DNA of 64,000 nt from an uncultured Chloroflexia bacterium (GTDB lineage Bacteria > Chloroflexota > Limnocylindria > Limnocylindrales > CSP1-4): contig CAWDXT010000027.1 in assembly GCA_963806265.1 (NCBI GenBank), forward strand, positions 135,214 through 199,213, in the 5' to 3' direction. The notes beneath the pieces were generated by a model. That model was not told where the DNA came from and ran no database searches. It saw only the letters and a list, made by a program, of their open reading frames with translations. The position numbers and the translations under genes are program-made. This document shows, piece by piece, positions 1 through 10,301 of the stretch; the first letter of the stretch is position 1; each line of letters starts with the position of its first letter.

Positions 1-1620
1 GTGGCGGTACCAGCTCATATCGTGAAGCCGAGGAGACGGACCTCTTCCTCCTGTGGGGCAGCAACGCCCGGGAGACGCATCCGATCTTCTTCCATCACCT
101 CCTGAAGGGGGTGCGGCGCGGTGCCCGCGTGATCGCGATCGACCCGCGGCGGAGCTCCACCGCGCAGTGGGCGGACCTGTGGCTGGGGCTCGACGTCGGC
201 TCCGACATCGCGCTCGCCAATGCCATGGCCCGCGAGATCATCCACGCCGGGCTCGCCAACGACGAGTTCATCGGGCGCGCGACCGCCAACTTCGAGGCGT
301 ACCGCGAGGCCGTCGAGCCCTGACGCTCGAACGCGGCGAGCGCGAGACCGGGGTTCCCGCCGAGCGCGATCCGCGAGGCGGCGCACGCCTATGCCACGCG
401 CCGACCGGGCGATGCTGTGCTGGACGCTGGGCATCACCGAGCACCACAACGCCGTCGACAACGTGCTGGCGCTGATCAATCTGTCGCTGCTGACCGGGCA
501 CATCGGCAGGTACGGGAGCGGGCTCAACCCGCTCCGCGGCCAGAACAACGTCCAGGGCGGCGGCGACATGGGTGCCCTGCCCGATCGCCTGGTCGGCTTC
601 CAGCACGTCGAGAACGACGAGCTCCGGGCTCGCTGCGACGACCTGTGGGGTGTGAGCGTCCCACCAAAGAAGGGCTGGCACCTGACCGGCATGTTCGAGG
701 CGATGGATCGCGGCGAGCTGACGGTGCTGTACGTGATCGGCGAGAACCCGGTGCAGTCCGAGGCGGACCGCGAGCTCACGGAGCGCCGGCTGCGCGGCCT
801 CGACCTGCTCGTCGTCCAGGACATCTTCCTGACCGCAACGGCCGAGATCGCCGACGTCGTGCTGCCCGCCGCCGCCGCCTGGGCCGAGAGCGAGGGCACG
901 GTCACCAACTCGGAGCGACGCGTCCAGCGCGTCCACAAGGCGCTCGAGCCACCGGGCGAGGCACGCGACGACCTGTGGATCATGTTCGAGATCGCGAAGC
1001 GCATGGGCGCCGACTGGGGCGAGGCGGACGCCGGAGACCGTCTGGAACGAGGTCCGGGCGCTGGCCCCCGCATTCGCCGGCATGAGCTATGCGCGGCTCG
1101 AGAGCCGAAGGTGGGCTCCAGTGGCCGTGCTACGACGAGAGCCACCCCGGCGAGCTGTTCCTGCACTCGCGTCTGTGGGAGGACCCGGTACCCGGCAACC
1201 GCGCGCCGTTCATGCCCGTGGAGCACGATCCGCCGGTGGACAGGCTGACCGAGGAGTTCCCGATCCGGCTGACCACGGGCCGCAGGCTCGACTCCTACAA
1301 CACGGGCGTCCAGTCGAACCGCTACGCGTATCCGCGGCGCCGGGGCGAGACGATCGACCTGTCGCCCGAGGATGTCGAGCGGCTGGGCCTCGCCGAGGGC
1401 GAGCGGGCTCGGGTCGTCTCGCGGCGTGGGGAGGTGGAGGCGCCGGTGCACATCGACGACGGCCTGCGGCCCGGGCTCGCGTTCATGACGCTTCCACTTC
1501 CAGGACGACGTCGCCGTCAACCGGCTGACGATTGATGCCACGGACCCGAAGGCCGGCACGGCCGAGTTCAAGGCCACCGCGATCCGGGTCGAGAAGCTGG
1601 GGGTGGCAGCGGGCACCTGA
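1..1620 (+). pseudogene. Molybdopterin oxidoreductase catalytic subunit, formate dehydrogenase alpha-like. The 5' end lies outside the window and the reading frame is broken about five times.
   Basis: One continuous homologous peptide has to be read across three frames. The segments in order are: RGARVIAIDPRRSSTAQWADLWLGLDVGSDIALANAM (111..323 frame); TLERGERETGVPAE; MLCWTLGITEHHNAVDNV...LNPLRGQNNVQGGGDMGALP...VLYVIGENPVQSEAD...VVQDIFLTATAEIADVVLPAAAAWAESEGTVTNSERRVQRV (220..1248 frame); GGLQWPCYDESHPGE...IRLTTGRRLDSYNTGVQS (1089..1535 frame); and FHFQDDVAVNRLTIDATDPKAGTAEFKATAIRVEKL, ending at TGA 1618-1620. Confidence 0.85.
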
Positions 1621-1770
1621 CCCGAACCGCGGGCATGATCCGGGTCGACCTCGCGGGCGCACGCTCGGTCGATGCCGGCAGGCGGCCTTGACGACGTCGA
1701 CGCGCGTCGCTGATGCTCGGTCGCGATGGAGCGATCGCCTTCCCCGTCCGAGGCCGGCAGCCTGGTGACG

Positions 1771-2843
1771 ATGCTCGGTCGCAAGGTGCTCGTCCTCGGC
1801 GGCATCGCGCTGATCGGCGTTGCGGTCACGATCCTGCTCAAGCTCACCGGTGCCGACGAGGTGCTCGGTGTTCGTGGTGACCGCGATCACGCTCGCCGGG
1901 TTGGCCGGGCTCGTCGGCGAGGGCACCGACCAGCTGGGCGACCGCTTCGGGCCAGGGGCAACCGGCGTCCTCCAGTCGGCGCTGGGCAACCTGCCCGAGC
2001 TGTTCATCTCGCTGTTCGCGCTCCAGCAGGGGCTGGTCGTCCTGGTTCAGACCGCGCTCATCGGCTCGATCCTGGGCAACAGCCTGCTCGTCCTGGGCCT
2101 CGCGTTCCTCGCCGGCGGTCTGCGCAACGGTCTCCAGCAATTCGACGCCGCACCGGTCCGAACGATCGCGGTGGTCCTGGTCCTCGCGGTCGCGTCGCTC
2201 GCCATCCCGACGATCTCGACCGCGCCCGGCGGACCCGACCAGGGACACGCGGTCGAGATCTCGGTGTTCGTCTCGATCGTGCTGCTGATCGTGTTCATCG
2301 CCTCGATCCCGTACTCGCTGGCCGGCGGCCAGGGGGCGTCACGGCTCGACGAGGCGACGAGCCACGCCTGGCCGCTGACGTTGACCCTCGGGCTGCTCGC
2401 CGTCTCCGGCGTCGGGGCAGCGCTCGTGTCCGACTGGTTCGTCGAGGCGTTGCAGCCGGCGATGGCGATCGCTCGGGCTGTCGGAGGCGTTCGTGGGCCT
2501 GATCGTCGTCGCGCTCGCGGGCAACGCGGTCGAGAACGTCGTCGGCATCCAGCAGGCCGTGCGCAACCGCATGGACCTGTCGATCAGCCTGATCCAGAAC
2601 TCGAGCCTGCAGGTCGCGATCGCCCTGACGCCGGTGCTCGTGCTGGCGAGCCTGGTCATCTCGCCAACGCCCCTGACGCTGGTCCTCGCTCCGACGCTCC
2701 TGGTCGGGCTGGCGCTGACCGCGATCCTCGGTGCCCTGGTCGTGTTCGACGGTGAGGCCACGTGGCTGGAGGGGCTGATGCTGCTCGGCCTCTACGCGAT
2801 CATCGCCGCGTCCGTGTGGTACGGACCACCGCTCACGCTCTGA
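1771..2843 (+). pseudogene. Ca2+/H+ antiporter (CaCA/ChaA-type cation exchanger) with about two frame breaks near 1865 and 2470.
   Basis: TM1 is MLGRKVLVLGGIALIGVAVTILL in the 1726 frame. Next comes LAGLVGEGTDQLGDRFGPGATGVLQSALGNLPELFISLFAL (alpha-1 repeat) in the 1820 frame. Then LSEAFVGLIVVALAGNAVENVVGIQQAVRNRMDLSISLIQNSSLQVAI (alpha-2 repeat) in the 2493 frame, running to stop 2843. Confidence 0.8.
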
Positions 2844-2861
2844 GGACGCTCGGGTGGCGGC

Positions 2862-3815
2862 TCAGCCTTCGATGAACGCGAGCGCCCGGTCCAGGACCTG
2901 GTCGAACGCCCCGGGAAACGCGTGCGCGAGGTCGGGCTGCTCCTCGAGCTCGCAGGGAATCCCGTGCGCCTCGAGGAATGGTGGGATCGCACGGATGATG
3001 CCCTGGCCTTCCGGCGACTCGAGGAGGCCCATGACGATGTAGCCTCGCAGCCCGCGTGCGGCGGCCGCTTCGACGTATGGCTCGAGCGCCGCCAGGTCGG
3101 GCAGGTACGGGCCGATGACGATGAAGCCGCTGGCGCCGATCGCCCCGGACACCGCCAGCTGGATGGCCAGCCCGCCACCCATCGAGAACCCGCCCAGGAC
3201 CACCCGCGCCGGGTCGACGGCACCGCCGATGTCGAGCACGCCGGCCAGCGCCCGCACGTCGTCGGCCCCTCGTGCCAGGTCGTTCCAGACGAAGGCATCG
3301 GTCGTCAGCACCTGCGTCGACTGGGCGCAGGCCAGCATCCAGCCCTTGTCCACGATCGGCGACCAGTCGGCGGCGGCAAGGCGGGCATTCTGCGAGTTTC
3401 CGTGCAACCCGAGGAGCAGCGGCGCGCGCGTCACGCGGGGCAACGCGGGCGGGATGACGATCAGCTCCGGACGCGCCCACCGCTCGACCTCGGCCATTCG
3501 CTCCAGGCTCCGCTGCGCCAGCTCCTCGAACGCCGCGATCCCCTGCAGCGAGGCCAGGTCCTCGTCGTCGCGGATCAGCGCAGCTGGGTAGGCATGTCCA
3601 CGCTCGATCGCATCCTGGAAGGCCCCGATCGCGAGCTCCGGCTCACCGGCACGGGCGGCGAGGCACATCCGCCAGTGGTAGAGCATGCTGGGCTGGGTCA
3701 GGGTCTCCGGGTGCCGATCGAGCAGGTCCAGCGCCTGCGTGTACTCGTGCTGGCTGTACAGCCGCCTGAGCTCGCGCTGGAGCGAGCCGATGCCAACGTC
3801 CGTCATGGAGCCCAT
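2862..3815 (-). CDS. Alpha/beta hydrolase (phospholipase/carboxylesterase-like) with a helical N-terminal domain.
   Basis: Intact 317-aa ORF. It has a nucleophile-elbow-like GFSMGG motif, LLLGLHGNSQN upstream of it, and a C-terminal acid/His region (PDLAHAF). Confidence 0.7.
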   Translation of the reverse strand: MGSMTDVGIGSLQRELRRLYSQHEYTQALDLLDRHPETLTQPSMLYHWRMCLAARAGEPELAIGAFQDAIERGHAYPAALIRDDEDLASLQGIAAFEELAQRSLERMAEVERWARPELIVIPPALPRVTRAPLLLGLHGNSQNARLAAADWSPIVDKGWMLACAQSTQVLTTDAFVWNDLARGADDVRALAGVLDIGGAVDPARVVLGGFSMGGGLAIQLAVSGAIGASGFIVIGPYLPDLAALEPYVEAAAARGLRGYIVMGLLESPEGQGIIRAIPPFLEAHGIPCELEEQPDLAHAFPGAFDQVLDRALAFIEG

Positions 3816-3927
3816 CTTGGCGGGACGATGCCGACGGTGTCCACAGGGTGGTGGCGGGCATCGCCGGGCTTCGCACCTGCGCGAGCGTCGCCAACCGCCT
3901 CCGGGCGCAAACGCCTACACTCGGGTC

Positions 3928-5885
3928 ATGGACCTCCACGTCGTGGGACCCGCCGCGACCCCCGGAGAGCGGGCCGCCGTCGACGCGGTGCTCGACCCGC
4001 TGATCGGCCCTGCGACGAGCGGCTGGGCGGGGGGTGTCCGTGACGCCTCGCTGGACGGGCACGTCGCCCGTGGTGGCCACGACGCCCGTGCACGACGGGA
4101 CCTGCTGCTGCCCGCCCTCGAGGCGGCGGTCGCCCGGACCGGCTGGCTCAGCCAGGGGGCCCTCAACCACGTCTGCCGCCGCCTGTCGGTGCCGCCCGCC
4201 GAGGCCTATGGCGTGGCAACGTTCTACGCGCTGCTGCCCACGACCGAGCGCCCGCCGGTGGTCGCGCACGTGTGCGACGACCTCGCCTGCCGGCTGGCCG
4301 GCGCGGAGCAGGTCTGCGAGGAGCTCGAGCGCACGCTCGGACCGGCCGGCGAGCCGACGCATGACGGGGCGGCAACCTGGCTCAGGAGCCCATGCCTTGG
4401 CCAGTGCGAGCGACCGACCGCGTCGCTGGTGACCATCGCCGGCGAGGAGGCAGGCTCTCTCGTGGTGGGTGAGATAACGGACGCGGACGGCGTGACGGAC
4501 ACGCTGGGCTGGGCGGTCGAGCTCGCCGCCGGCGACCCGGCCCGGGTGCGCCGGGAGCTGAGCACCAGCGGTCCCGACCCGATCGAATGGGTACGCGGGC
4601 TCGCTCCGCAGGCCGGCTCCGAGGACCTTCGACTGCTCGAGCGCGTTGGCCGCGTCGACCCCACGTCCCTCGACGCCTACCGCGCCGCGGGCGGCTACGT
4701 CGCGCTGCATCGAGCGTTCGATCATCGGCGCCGAGGCCGTGATCGACGAGGTCGTCAGGTCGCGGCTGGTCGGACGCGGCGGGGCAGCGTTCCCGACCGG
4801 ACGGAAGTGGGCGGCCGTCGCGGCGGAGTCGGATCTGCCGCGCTACGTGGTGTGCAACGCGGATGAGTCGGAGCCGGGCACGTTCAAGGACCGCGTGATC
4901 CTCGAGGAGGATCCGTTCGTGCTCATCGAGGCGATGACCATCGCCGGGTTCGCCGTCGGCGCAACGCGCGGCTTCGTGTACGTCCGCGGCGAGTACCCGG
5001 TCGCCCGGGATCGCATGGCCGGCGCGATCGACCAGGCTCGGCGCGCCGGGCTGCTTGGACCGCGTGTCGATGGCCGTGACGTTGCGTTCGACATCGAGCT
5101 CCGGATCGGCGCCGGAGCCTACATCGCCGGCGAGGAGACCGCGCTGTTCGAGTCGCTCGAGGGACGCAGGCCGGAGCCGCGCAACAAGCCCCCCTACCCG
5201 GTCGAGGTCGGCATGTTCGGCAAGCCAACCGTCATCGACAACGTCGAGACGCTCGCCAATGTGCCCCTGATCCTGCGCATGGGCGGTGAGCGCGTTCGCC
5301 TCGATCGGCACCGAAGGCTCGACGGGACCCAAGCTGTTCTGCGTCTCGGGGCACGTCGTCCGACCGGGCGTCTACGAGCTGCCGTTCGGCGCGACGCTGC
5401 GCGAGGTGATCGAGCTGGCGGGTGGCGTGCCCGAGGGTCGGGCGATCCAGGCGGTGCTGCTGGGTGGTGCCGCCGGGGCGTTCGTCGGACCCGACGAGCT
5501 CGATCTGCCGCTGACCTTCGAGGATGCACGGGCCGCCGGGGTCACGATCGGGTCGGGCGTCGTGATGGTGATGGACGAGACCACGGACCTGCCAGGCGTG
5601 CTGCGCCGTATCGCCGCCTTCTTCCGCGACGAGTCATGCGGTCAGTGCGTGCCCTGCCGGGTCGGAACGGTGCGCCAGGAGGAGCTCTTGGCCCGCCTCG
5701 CCTCGGGCAACACGCTCGGCTCCGTCGATGACGAGCTGGCCCTGTACGCGGACCTCGCGCATGCGATGCGCGATGCCTCGATCTGCGGTCTCGGCCAGAC
5801 CGCGTCCACGGCGATCGAGAGCGCGATCCGCGCCGGCCTGGTCCGGTTCGACGGCCCGCAGCAACACCGGGATGGGGAGGCCCGC
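3928..5885 (+). pseudogene. Fused NuoE-like (2Fe-2S) and NuoF-like (FMN/NAD, 4Fe-4S) diaphorase module, FdsG/FdsB-like. Two frame breaks, near 4720 and 5285.
   Basis: NuoE part: GVATFYALL...VAHVCDDLACRLAGAE...SPCLGQCERPTA. NuoF part: GRGGAAFPTGRKW...YVVCNADESEPGTFKDR...GAGAYIAGEETALFESLEG...NVETLANVP...FFRDESCGQCVPCRVGT...ASICGLGQTA. The start is ATG 3928. Confidence 0.85.
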
Positions 5886-6896
5886 ATGACAGCTGTCGAC
5901 CCCGAGCGGATCTTCCGCGAGCCTCCCGCACGCCCGTCGCGGCCACCGGTGGCGCCATCGGCGCCCGAGGTCCCGTCGGTCGAGCTCACGATCGATGGCA
6001 TGAGCGTCACCGTGCCCGCCGGCTCGACGATCCTCGATGCTGCGCGGTCGATCGGGATCGACACGCCGACGCTGTGCTACCTCGAGAGCCTCACGCCGGT
6101 CAACGCCTGCCGGGTATGCGTCGTCGAGGTCTCCGGCTCCCGTGCGCTGGTGCCCGCCTGCTCGCGGAAGGTCGAGCTGGGGATGGACGTCCAGACGAGC
6201 AGCGAGCGCGTCCGCCGCTCCCGGCGGATGGTGCTCGAGCTGCTCGGATCGTCAGTGGACGTGTCGCTCGCGGGTCCGTCGGCCCCGGATGGTGACCTGG
6301 CGCGCTACATGACCGAGTACCAGGCCGAGCCGGCACGCTTCGGAGATCCGGCTCCGGCCGGCAATGCCGATGCAGGCGGGCCGGGCGCGCAGACGCTTGC
6401 CCAGCCGGTTCGGGTCGACAACGACCTCTACGTCCGTGACTACGCGCGCTGCATCCTCTGCTACAAGTGCGTCGAGGCGTGCGGTGAGGATGCCCAGAAC
6501 ACGTTCGCGATCTCGGTCGCCGGCCGCGGCTTCGGGGCCACGATCTCGACCGAGTTCGACGTCCCGCTGCCCGAGTCGGCGTGCGTCTTCTGCGGCAACT
6601 GCATCGGTGTCTGCCCGACGGGAGCGCTGATGTTCCGGTCCGAGCACGAGATGCGCGAGGCCGGCACCTGGAACGAGGCGGCCCAGCACACGACCGACAC
6701 CATCTGCCCGTACTGCGGCGTGGGCTGCACCCTCACGCTCCATGAGCAGGACGGGGACATCGTCAAGGTCACGTCTCCGATCGAGTCCTCGGTCACGCAC
6801 GGTCACCTGTGCGTCAAGGGTCGGTTCGGGTTCGAGTTCGTCCAGCTTCGCCCGAAGGGGTCGGCGCGCGAGGACGGCCCGCCGGCCGGAGGCTGA
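5886..6896 (+). CDS. NuoG / formate-dehydrogenase-alpha N-terminal Fe-S module (2Fe-2S, 4Fe-4S clusters and the Mo-enzyme Fe4S4 domain). It ends right after the Fe4S4 domain and sits in the same frame as the NuoF part with no stop between them.
   Basis: Motifs: VELTIDGMSVTVPAGSTILDAARSIGIDTPTLCYLE...NACRVCVVEV...CILCYKCVEACGE...CVFCGNCIGVCPTGAL...ICPYCGVGCTLTLHEQDGDIVKVTSP...HGHLCVKGRFGFEFVQ. A non-homologous 16-aa tail and the stop at 6896 follow. Confidence 0.8.
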   Translation: MTAVDPERIFREPPARPSRPPVAPSAPEVPSVELTIDGMSVTVPAGSTILDAARSIGIDTPTLCYLESLTPVNACRVCVVEVSGSRALVPACSRKVELGMDVQTSSERVRRSRRMVLELLGSSVDVSLAGPSAPDGDLARYMTEYQAEPARFGDPAPAGNADAGGPGAQTLAQPVRVDNDLYVRDYARCILCYKCVEACGEDAQNTFAISVAGRGFGATISTEFDVPLPESACVFCGNCIGVCPTGALMFRSEHEMREAGTWNEAAQHTTDTICPYCGVGCTLTLHEQDGDIVKVTSPIESSVTHGHLCVKGRFGFEFVQLRPKGSAREDGPPAGG

Positions 6897-7149
6897 TCGC
6901 CGGCCGCTGATCCTGGCAGAGCCGCTGAGCGCCCGGAGGCTGAGCGCCCGGCGCGTGGCTCAGGCGACGGGAGGCGGCACCGATTGGTCCGTTCTGCGCT
7001 CGATGTGGGGGTGCCCGAACGCACCACCCGAAGCGCGTGTCACACGCCGACGCACACGTTCGGCCCGAACCTGTGGGCCGGTCGGTCCCGTGTGCGACGT
7101 GCCGGTCGGCCCTTCGCGGGCGTATGTATCGAACGGCACAGTCGGTGGC

Positions 7150-9042
7150 ATGCAGGAACCTGTGTCGTCCGAGCCAGAGACCGCCGGATCCGGCCACCGC
7201 TCGACGAGCGTGAATGACCGGTCGACGCCACGGCTTCCTGGCACCTCGAGCGTGCGCGACCTCAATCGGCTGCGCTGGGCAACGATGATCCTGCCGGTCG
7301 CGTTCGTGTGGGGGTTCGAGCTCGTTCGGTTCCTCGTCCTCGACCCACGTCTGACCGGCGACGAGGGGCACGTGGCGGCGGCGATGATCATGGGCGCTGC
7401 GATCGTCACGTTCGCCATGGTCGTATCGCTGTACCTCGACCGGACGCAGAAGCAGCTGGTGGCGCAGAACAAGGATCTGACCGTCACCCATGCCGTGAGC
7501 TCCGCCGTTCGCGGCGGCCTGGCGATGCCCGAGCTTCTGGAGCAGGCGCTCGATCGGCTGATGACCGAGACGGGCGCGTTGGCCGGCGTGATCTCGGTCC
7601 GGGATGGCGAGGCGGGTGTGCTCGACGTCCGGCAGCCGGCGGCGCTGGCACCCGGGCTGAGCTGGCTGCTGCCGCTGCTGGACGAGACGACCGATCCCGG
7701 TCAGGACGGCATCCGGTACACGTCGCGCGACGGCCTCGACACGGGGATCCTGGACCTGCCGCTGACCCGCGGCGGCGACCACCTCGGCCACCTGCGGCTG
7801 GTGTTCCATCCACCGATCGAGCCCGACATCTCCGAGGCCGCGCTCCTCGACATCGCCGGCGAGATCGCCGGGGCGGTCCAGCTGAGCCTGACCGTCGCCG
7901 ACCTGCACCGTCGCGAGCGGGAGCGCGAGGCCCTGTACGAGGTCGCGCTGCAGCTGACGCGGCGTGCCGAGCTGCCCGAGATGCTGGACACGATCACGCG
8001 TCATGCCCGCGAGCTGCTGGTCGCCGAGCGGGCCGTCGTATGCCTCTCGCCCCGGGATCAGGACCCGCGCGCCGGTGCGGTCCGGGAGGCGCGCTCCCAG
8101 GGCGATGGCACGGTGGTGTGCGAGGTCTCCCGGTCGATGACCAGCGCCAACCACGCCGGCAACCCGATCTGCCCGATGGTCTCCGGAGAGCCGGCGACGG
8201 CCTGGACCGTACGCTCGTTGCGCGGACCCGATGGCGCGCTGGGCGAGCTGTGCGCGATCCGGTCAGGGCGCCCGTTCACCGCATCCGAGCAGCATCTGCT
8301 CGGCGCCCTGGCCGACATGGCGGCGATCGCCGTCCGCACCGCACGCCTCCACGAGGCCGAGGAGCAGTGGACGATCCACGCCGAGCGGGACCGGATCGCA
8401 CGCGAGCTTCACGACAGCCTCGCCCAGGTCCTGGGCGTGATCCACCTCCAGCTGCGGGCGCTCGAGCTACGTGCCATGGACGAGGCCAGCCATACGATGG
8501 CCGGGGAGCTCTCACAGCTCGCCGAGACCGCCGACGAGGCCTACCAGGACGTGCGCGAGGCGATCCTCGGGCTGCGCGAGACGATCCGCGAGGACGGGGG
8601 GCTGGAGGGCTCGCTGCGCGAGTACCTCCGCAAGTACAGCCGCCAGACCGGCATCGCCACCGGCCTGACGTGCGAGGGAGACACGCGCGGGAGCCTGAGC
8701 CCGCGGGCCGAGGTGCAGCTGCTCCGCGTGGTGCAGGAGTCGCTGACCAACACCCGCAAGCACTCGCGCGCGAAGCGCGCCACGGTGACGATCGAGTGCC
8801 AGGGGCCGGCGACGACGCTGGTCATCGAGGACGATGGCGTGGGCTTCGATCCGGCGCTGGTCACCAGGTCGATGGACGGTGGCTTCGGGCTGGCGTCGAT
8901 GCGGGAACGCGTGGAGGGGATCGGTGGCACCCTCACCGTGCATACTGCCCCGAACGAGGGGACGCGAATCATCGTTCACCTCCAGGCTGAGGACACGCGT
9001 GGCACACCTGCCCCCCAAGCTTCGCGTCTTGCTGGTCGATGA
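7150..9042 (+). CDS. Sensor histidine kinase: two N-terminal TM helices, tandem GAF-like domains, then HisKA_3 and HATPase_c (NarX/LiaS-type).
   Basis: ERDRIARELHDSLAQVLG (H-box of the HisKA_3 type). C-terminal LLRVVQESLTNTRKHS...IEDDGVGFD...GGFGLASMRERVEGIGG. The start ATG 7150 is chosen inside ORF 6742..9042. Confidence 0.85.
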   Translation: MQEPVSSEPETAGSGHRSTSVNDRSTPRLPGTSSVRDLNRLRWATMILPVAFVWGFELVRFLVLDPRLTGDEGHVAAAMIMGAAIVTFAMVVSLYLDRTQKQLVAQNKDLTVTHAVSSAVRGGLAMPELLEQALDRLMTETGALAGVISVRDGEAGVLDVRQPAALAPGLSWLLPLLDETTDPGQDGIRYTSRDGLDTGILDLPLTRGGDHLGHLRLVFHPPIEPDISEAALLDIAGEIAGAVQLSLTVADLHRREREREALYEVALQLTRRAELPEMLDTITRHARELLVAERAVVCLSPRDQDPRAGAVREARSQGDGTVVCEVSRSMTSANHAGNPICPMVSGEPATAWTVRSLRGPDGALGELCAIRSGRPFTASEQHLLGALADMAAIAVRTARLHEAEEQWTIHAERDRIARELHDSLAQVLGVIHLQLRALELRAMDEASHTMAGELSQLAETADEAYQDVREAILGLRETIREDGGLEGSLREYLRKYSRQTGIATGLTCEGDTRGSLSPRAEVQLLRVVQESLTNTRKHSRAKRATVTIECQGPATTLVIEDDGVGFDPALVTRSMDGGFGLASMRERVEGIGGTLTVHTAPNEGTRIIVHLQAEDTRGTPAPQASRLAGR

Positions 9043-9691
9043 TCAGCCGCTGTTCAGGCGTGCCCTCGCGTCCCTGATCGGCAACCAGCTCGACATGACC
9101 GTCGTGGGGGAGGGCGAGAACGGGCGTGACGCGTTGGACAAGGTGCGCGCCCTCCAGCCCGACCTGGTCGTGATGGACGTCAACATGCCCGGGGCGTCCG
9201 GCGTGGACGGTGTGTCGGCCATCCGCGCCGCCGGGTTCACGACGCCGATCGTGATGCTCACCGTGTCCGAGGACGACGACGACCTGTTCGAGTCGATCAA
9301 GGCCGGCGCCAACGGCTACCTGCTCAAGAACGTCCGCCCGGAGCAGCTGTTCGAGGATCTGCGCGGCATGATGCGCGGCGAGGCGCCGATCGCGCCCGCC
9401 GTGGCGAGCAAGCTGCTCGACGCGCTGCGGACCGGCGGCATGCCGCCCCGCGGTCACGCGTCCATGCCGGCCGAGGACAGCGTGCTCACCAGGCGCGAGT
9501 CCGAGATCCTGGAGCTGGTCGCGGACGGCCTGTCCAACAAGGAGATCGCCAACGAGCTGTCGATCACCGAGGGCACGGTCAAGAACCACGTCCACAACGC
9601 GCTCGAGAAGCTCCACCTCAGCAACCGCGTCCAGGCCGCCGCCTACGCCGTCCGCAAGGGCCTCACGACGCCCGGCGCGACGGGCGACTGA
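8999..9691 (+). CDS. NarL/FixJ-family response regulator (REC plus LuxR-type HTH).
   Basis: LRVLLVDDQPLFRRAL...PDLVVMDVNMPG...LTVSEDD...IKAGANGYLLK, then LTRRESEILELVADGLSNKEIANELSITEGTVKNHVHNALEKL. The GTG 8999 start overlaps the kinase 3' end. Confidence 0.9.
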   Translation: MAHLPPKLRVLLVDDQPLFRRALASLIGNQLDMTVVGEGENGRDALDKVRALQPDLVVMDVNMPGASGVDGVSAIRAAGFTTPIVMLTVSEDDDDLFESIKAGANGYLLKNVRPEQLFEDLRGMMRGEAPIAPAVASKLLDALRTGGMPPRGHASMPAEDSVLTRRESEILELVADGLSNKEIANELSITEGTVKNHVHNALEKLHLSNRVQAAAYAVRKGLTTPGATGD

Positions 9692-9841
9692 CACGGCCGG
9701 GCCGATCGACAGGGCATCGTTCGGCACGATCCGCGCCTGAACCTTCGGATACAGCACGCTCTCGACGGGTATGCCGGGCGACGGATTGGAGACCGCGCGA
9801 CGCGCGCCTAGGATCGGGCCACCGGACCGGATTGGCCCGGT

Positions 9842-10288
9842 GTGTGCCGTGGGGAACCGCCCGTGTCAGCTCAGCCAGTGCAGGTCCTTGTCCTGTACAG
9901 CCACGCCCTGATGGGCGAGGGGCTGGAACGCATGCTCAGGGACGAGGTCGAGGTCGAGGTCACTGCCGTCGATGCGACATCGCCGGCGGCGGTCGACGCC
10001 GCCCTGGCGTGCGAGCCGCGCGTGATCGTGGTCGAGGAGGGCGCCGGCATCGATGCGATCGAGATCGCGCGCCGATCGAGGTGCTCGCTCGTGCTGGACG
10101 TCGACATCACCACGACCTGCGCCTGGACGCTCCGCCGTGAGTCGCTCTCGTCACGGCCCGACGAGTTCCTGGCGGCGGTTCGCGGCGCGATCTCCGGCCC
10201 GGCGGACGATGGCTCGACGGCTGCCGATCGGCCCGAGCTGCACGATGCCTCGGGCGCTCCTCTGCATCCCGCCGCGATTCCGGGCTAG
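9842..10288 (+). CDS. Hypothetical protein, possibly a degenerate receiver-like domain.
   Basis: ORF of 148 aa. VQVLVLYSHALMGEGLERML...PRVIVVEEG follows the beta-alpha pattern of a REC domain, but the acidic pocket and phospho-acceptor Asp positions are replaced. Coding status is uncertain. Confidence 0.35.
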   Translation: MCRGEPPVSAQPVQVLVLYSHALMGEGLERMLRDEVEVEVTAVDATSPAAVDAALACEPRVIVVEEGAGIDAIEIARRSRCSLVLDVDITTTCAWTLRRESLSSRPDEFLAAVRGAISGPADDGSTAADRPELHDASGAPLHPAAIPG

Positions 10289-10301
10289 TCTGGCGCCCGA
10301 C

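Noticed and set aside
321-323. An in-frame TGA in a formate dehydrogenase alpha gene, considered as a possible selenocysteine codon.
   Set aside because: The homologous peptide continues in a different frame after the TGA (TLERGERETGVPAE...). The position (after FEAYREAVEP) is far from the Sec/Cys active-site region. A 1-nt deletion (CCCTGA for CCCTGGA) explains it better.
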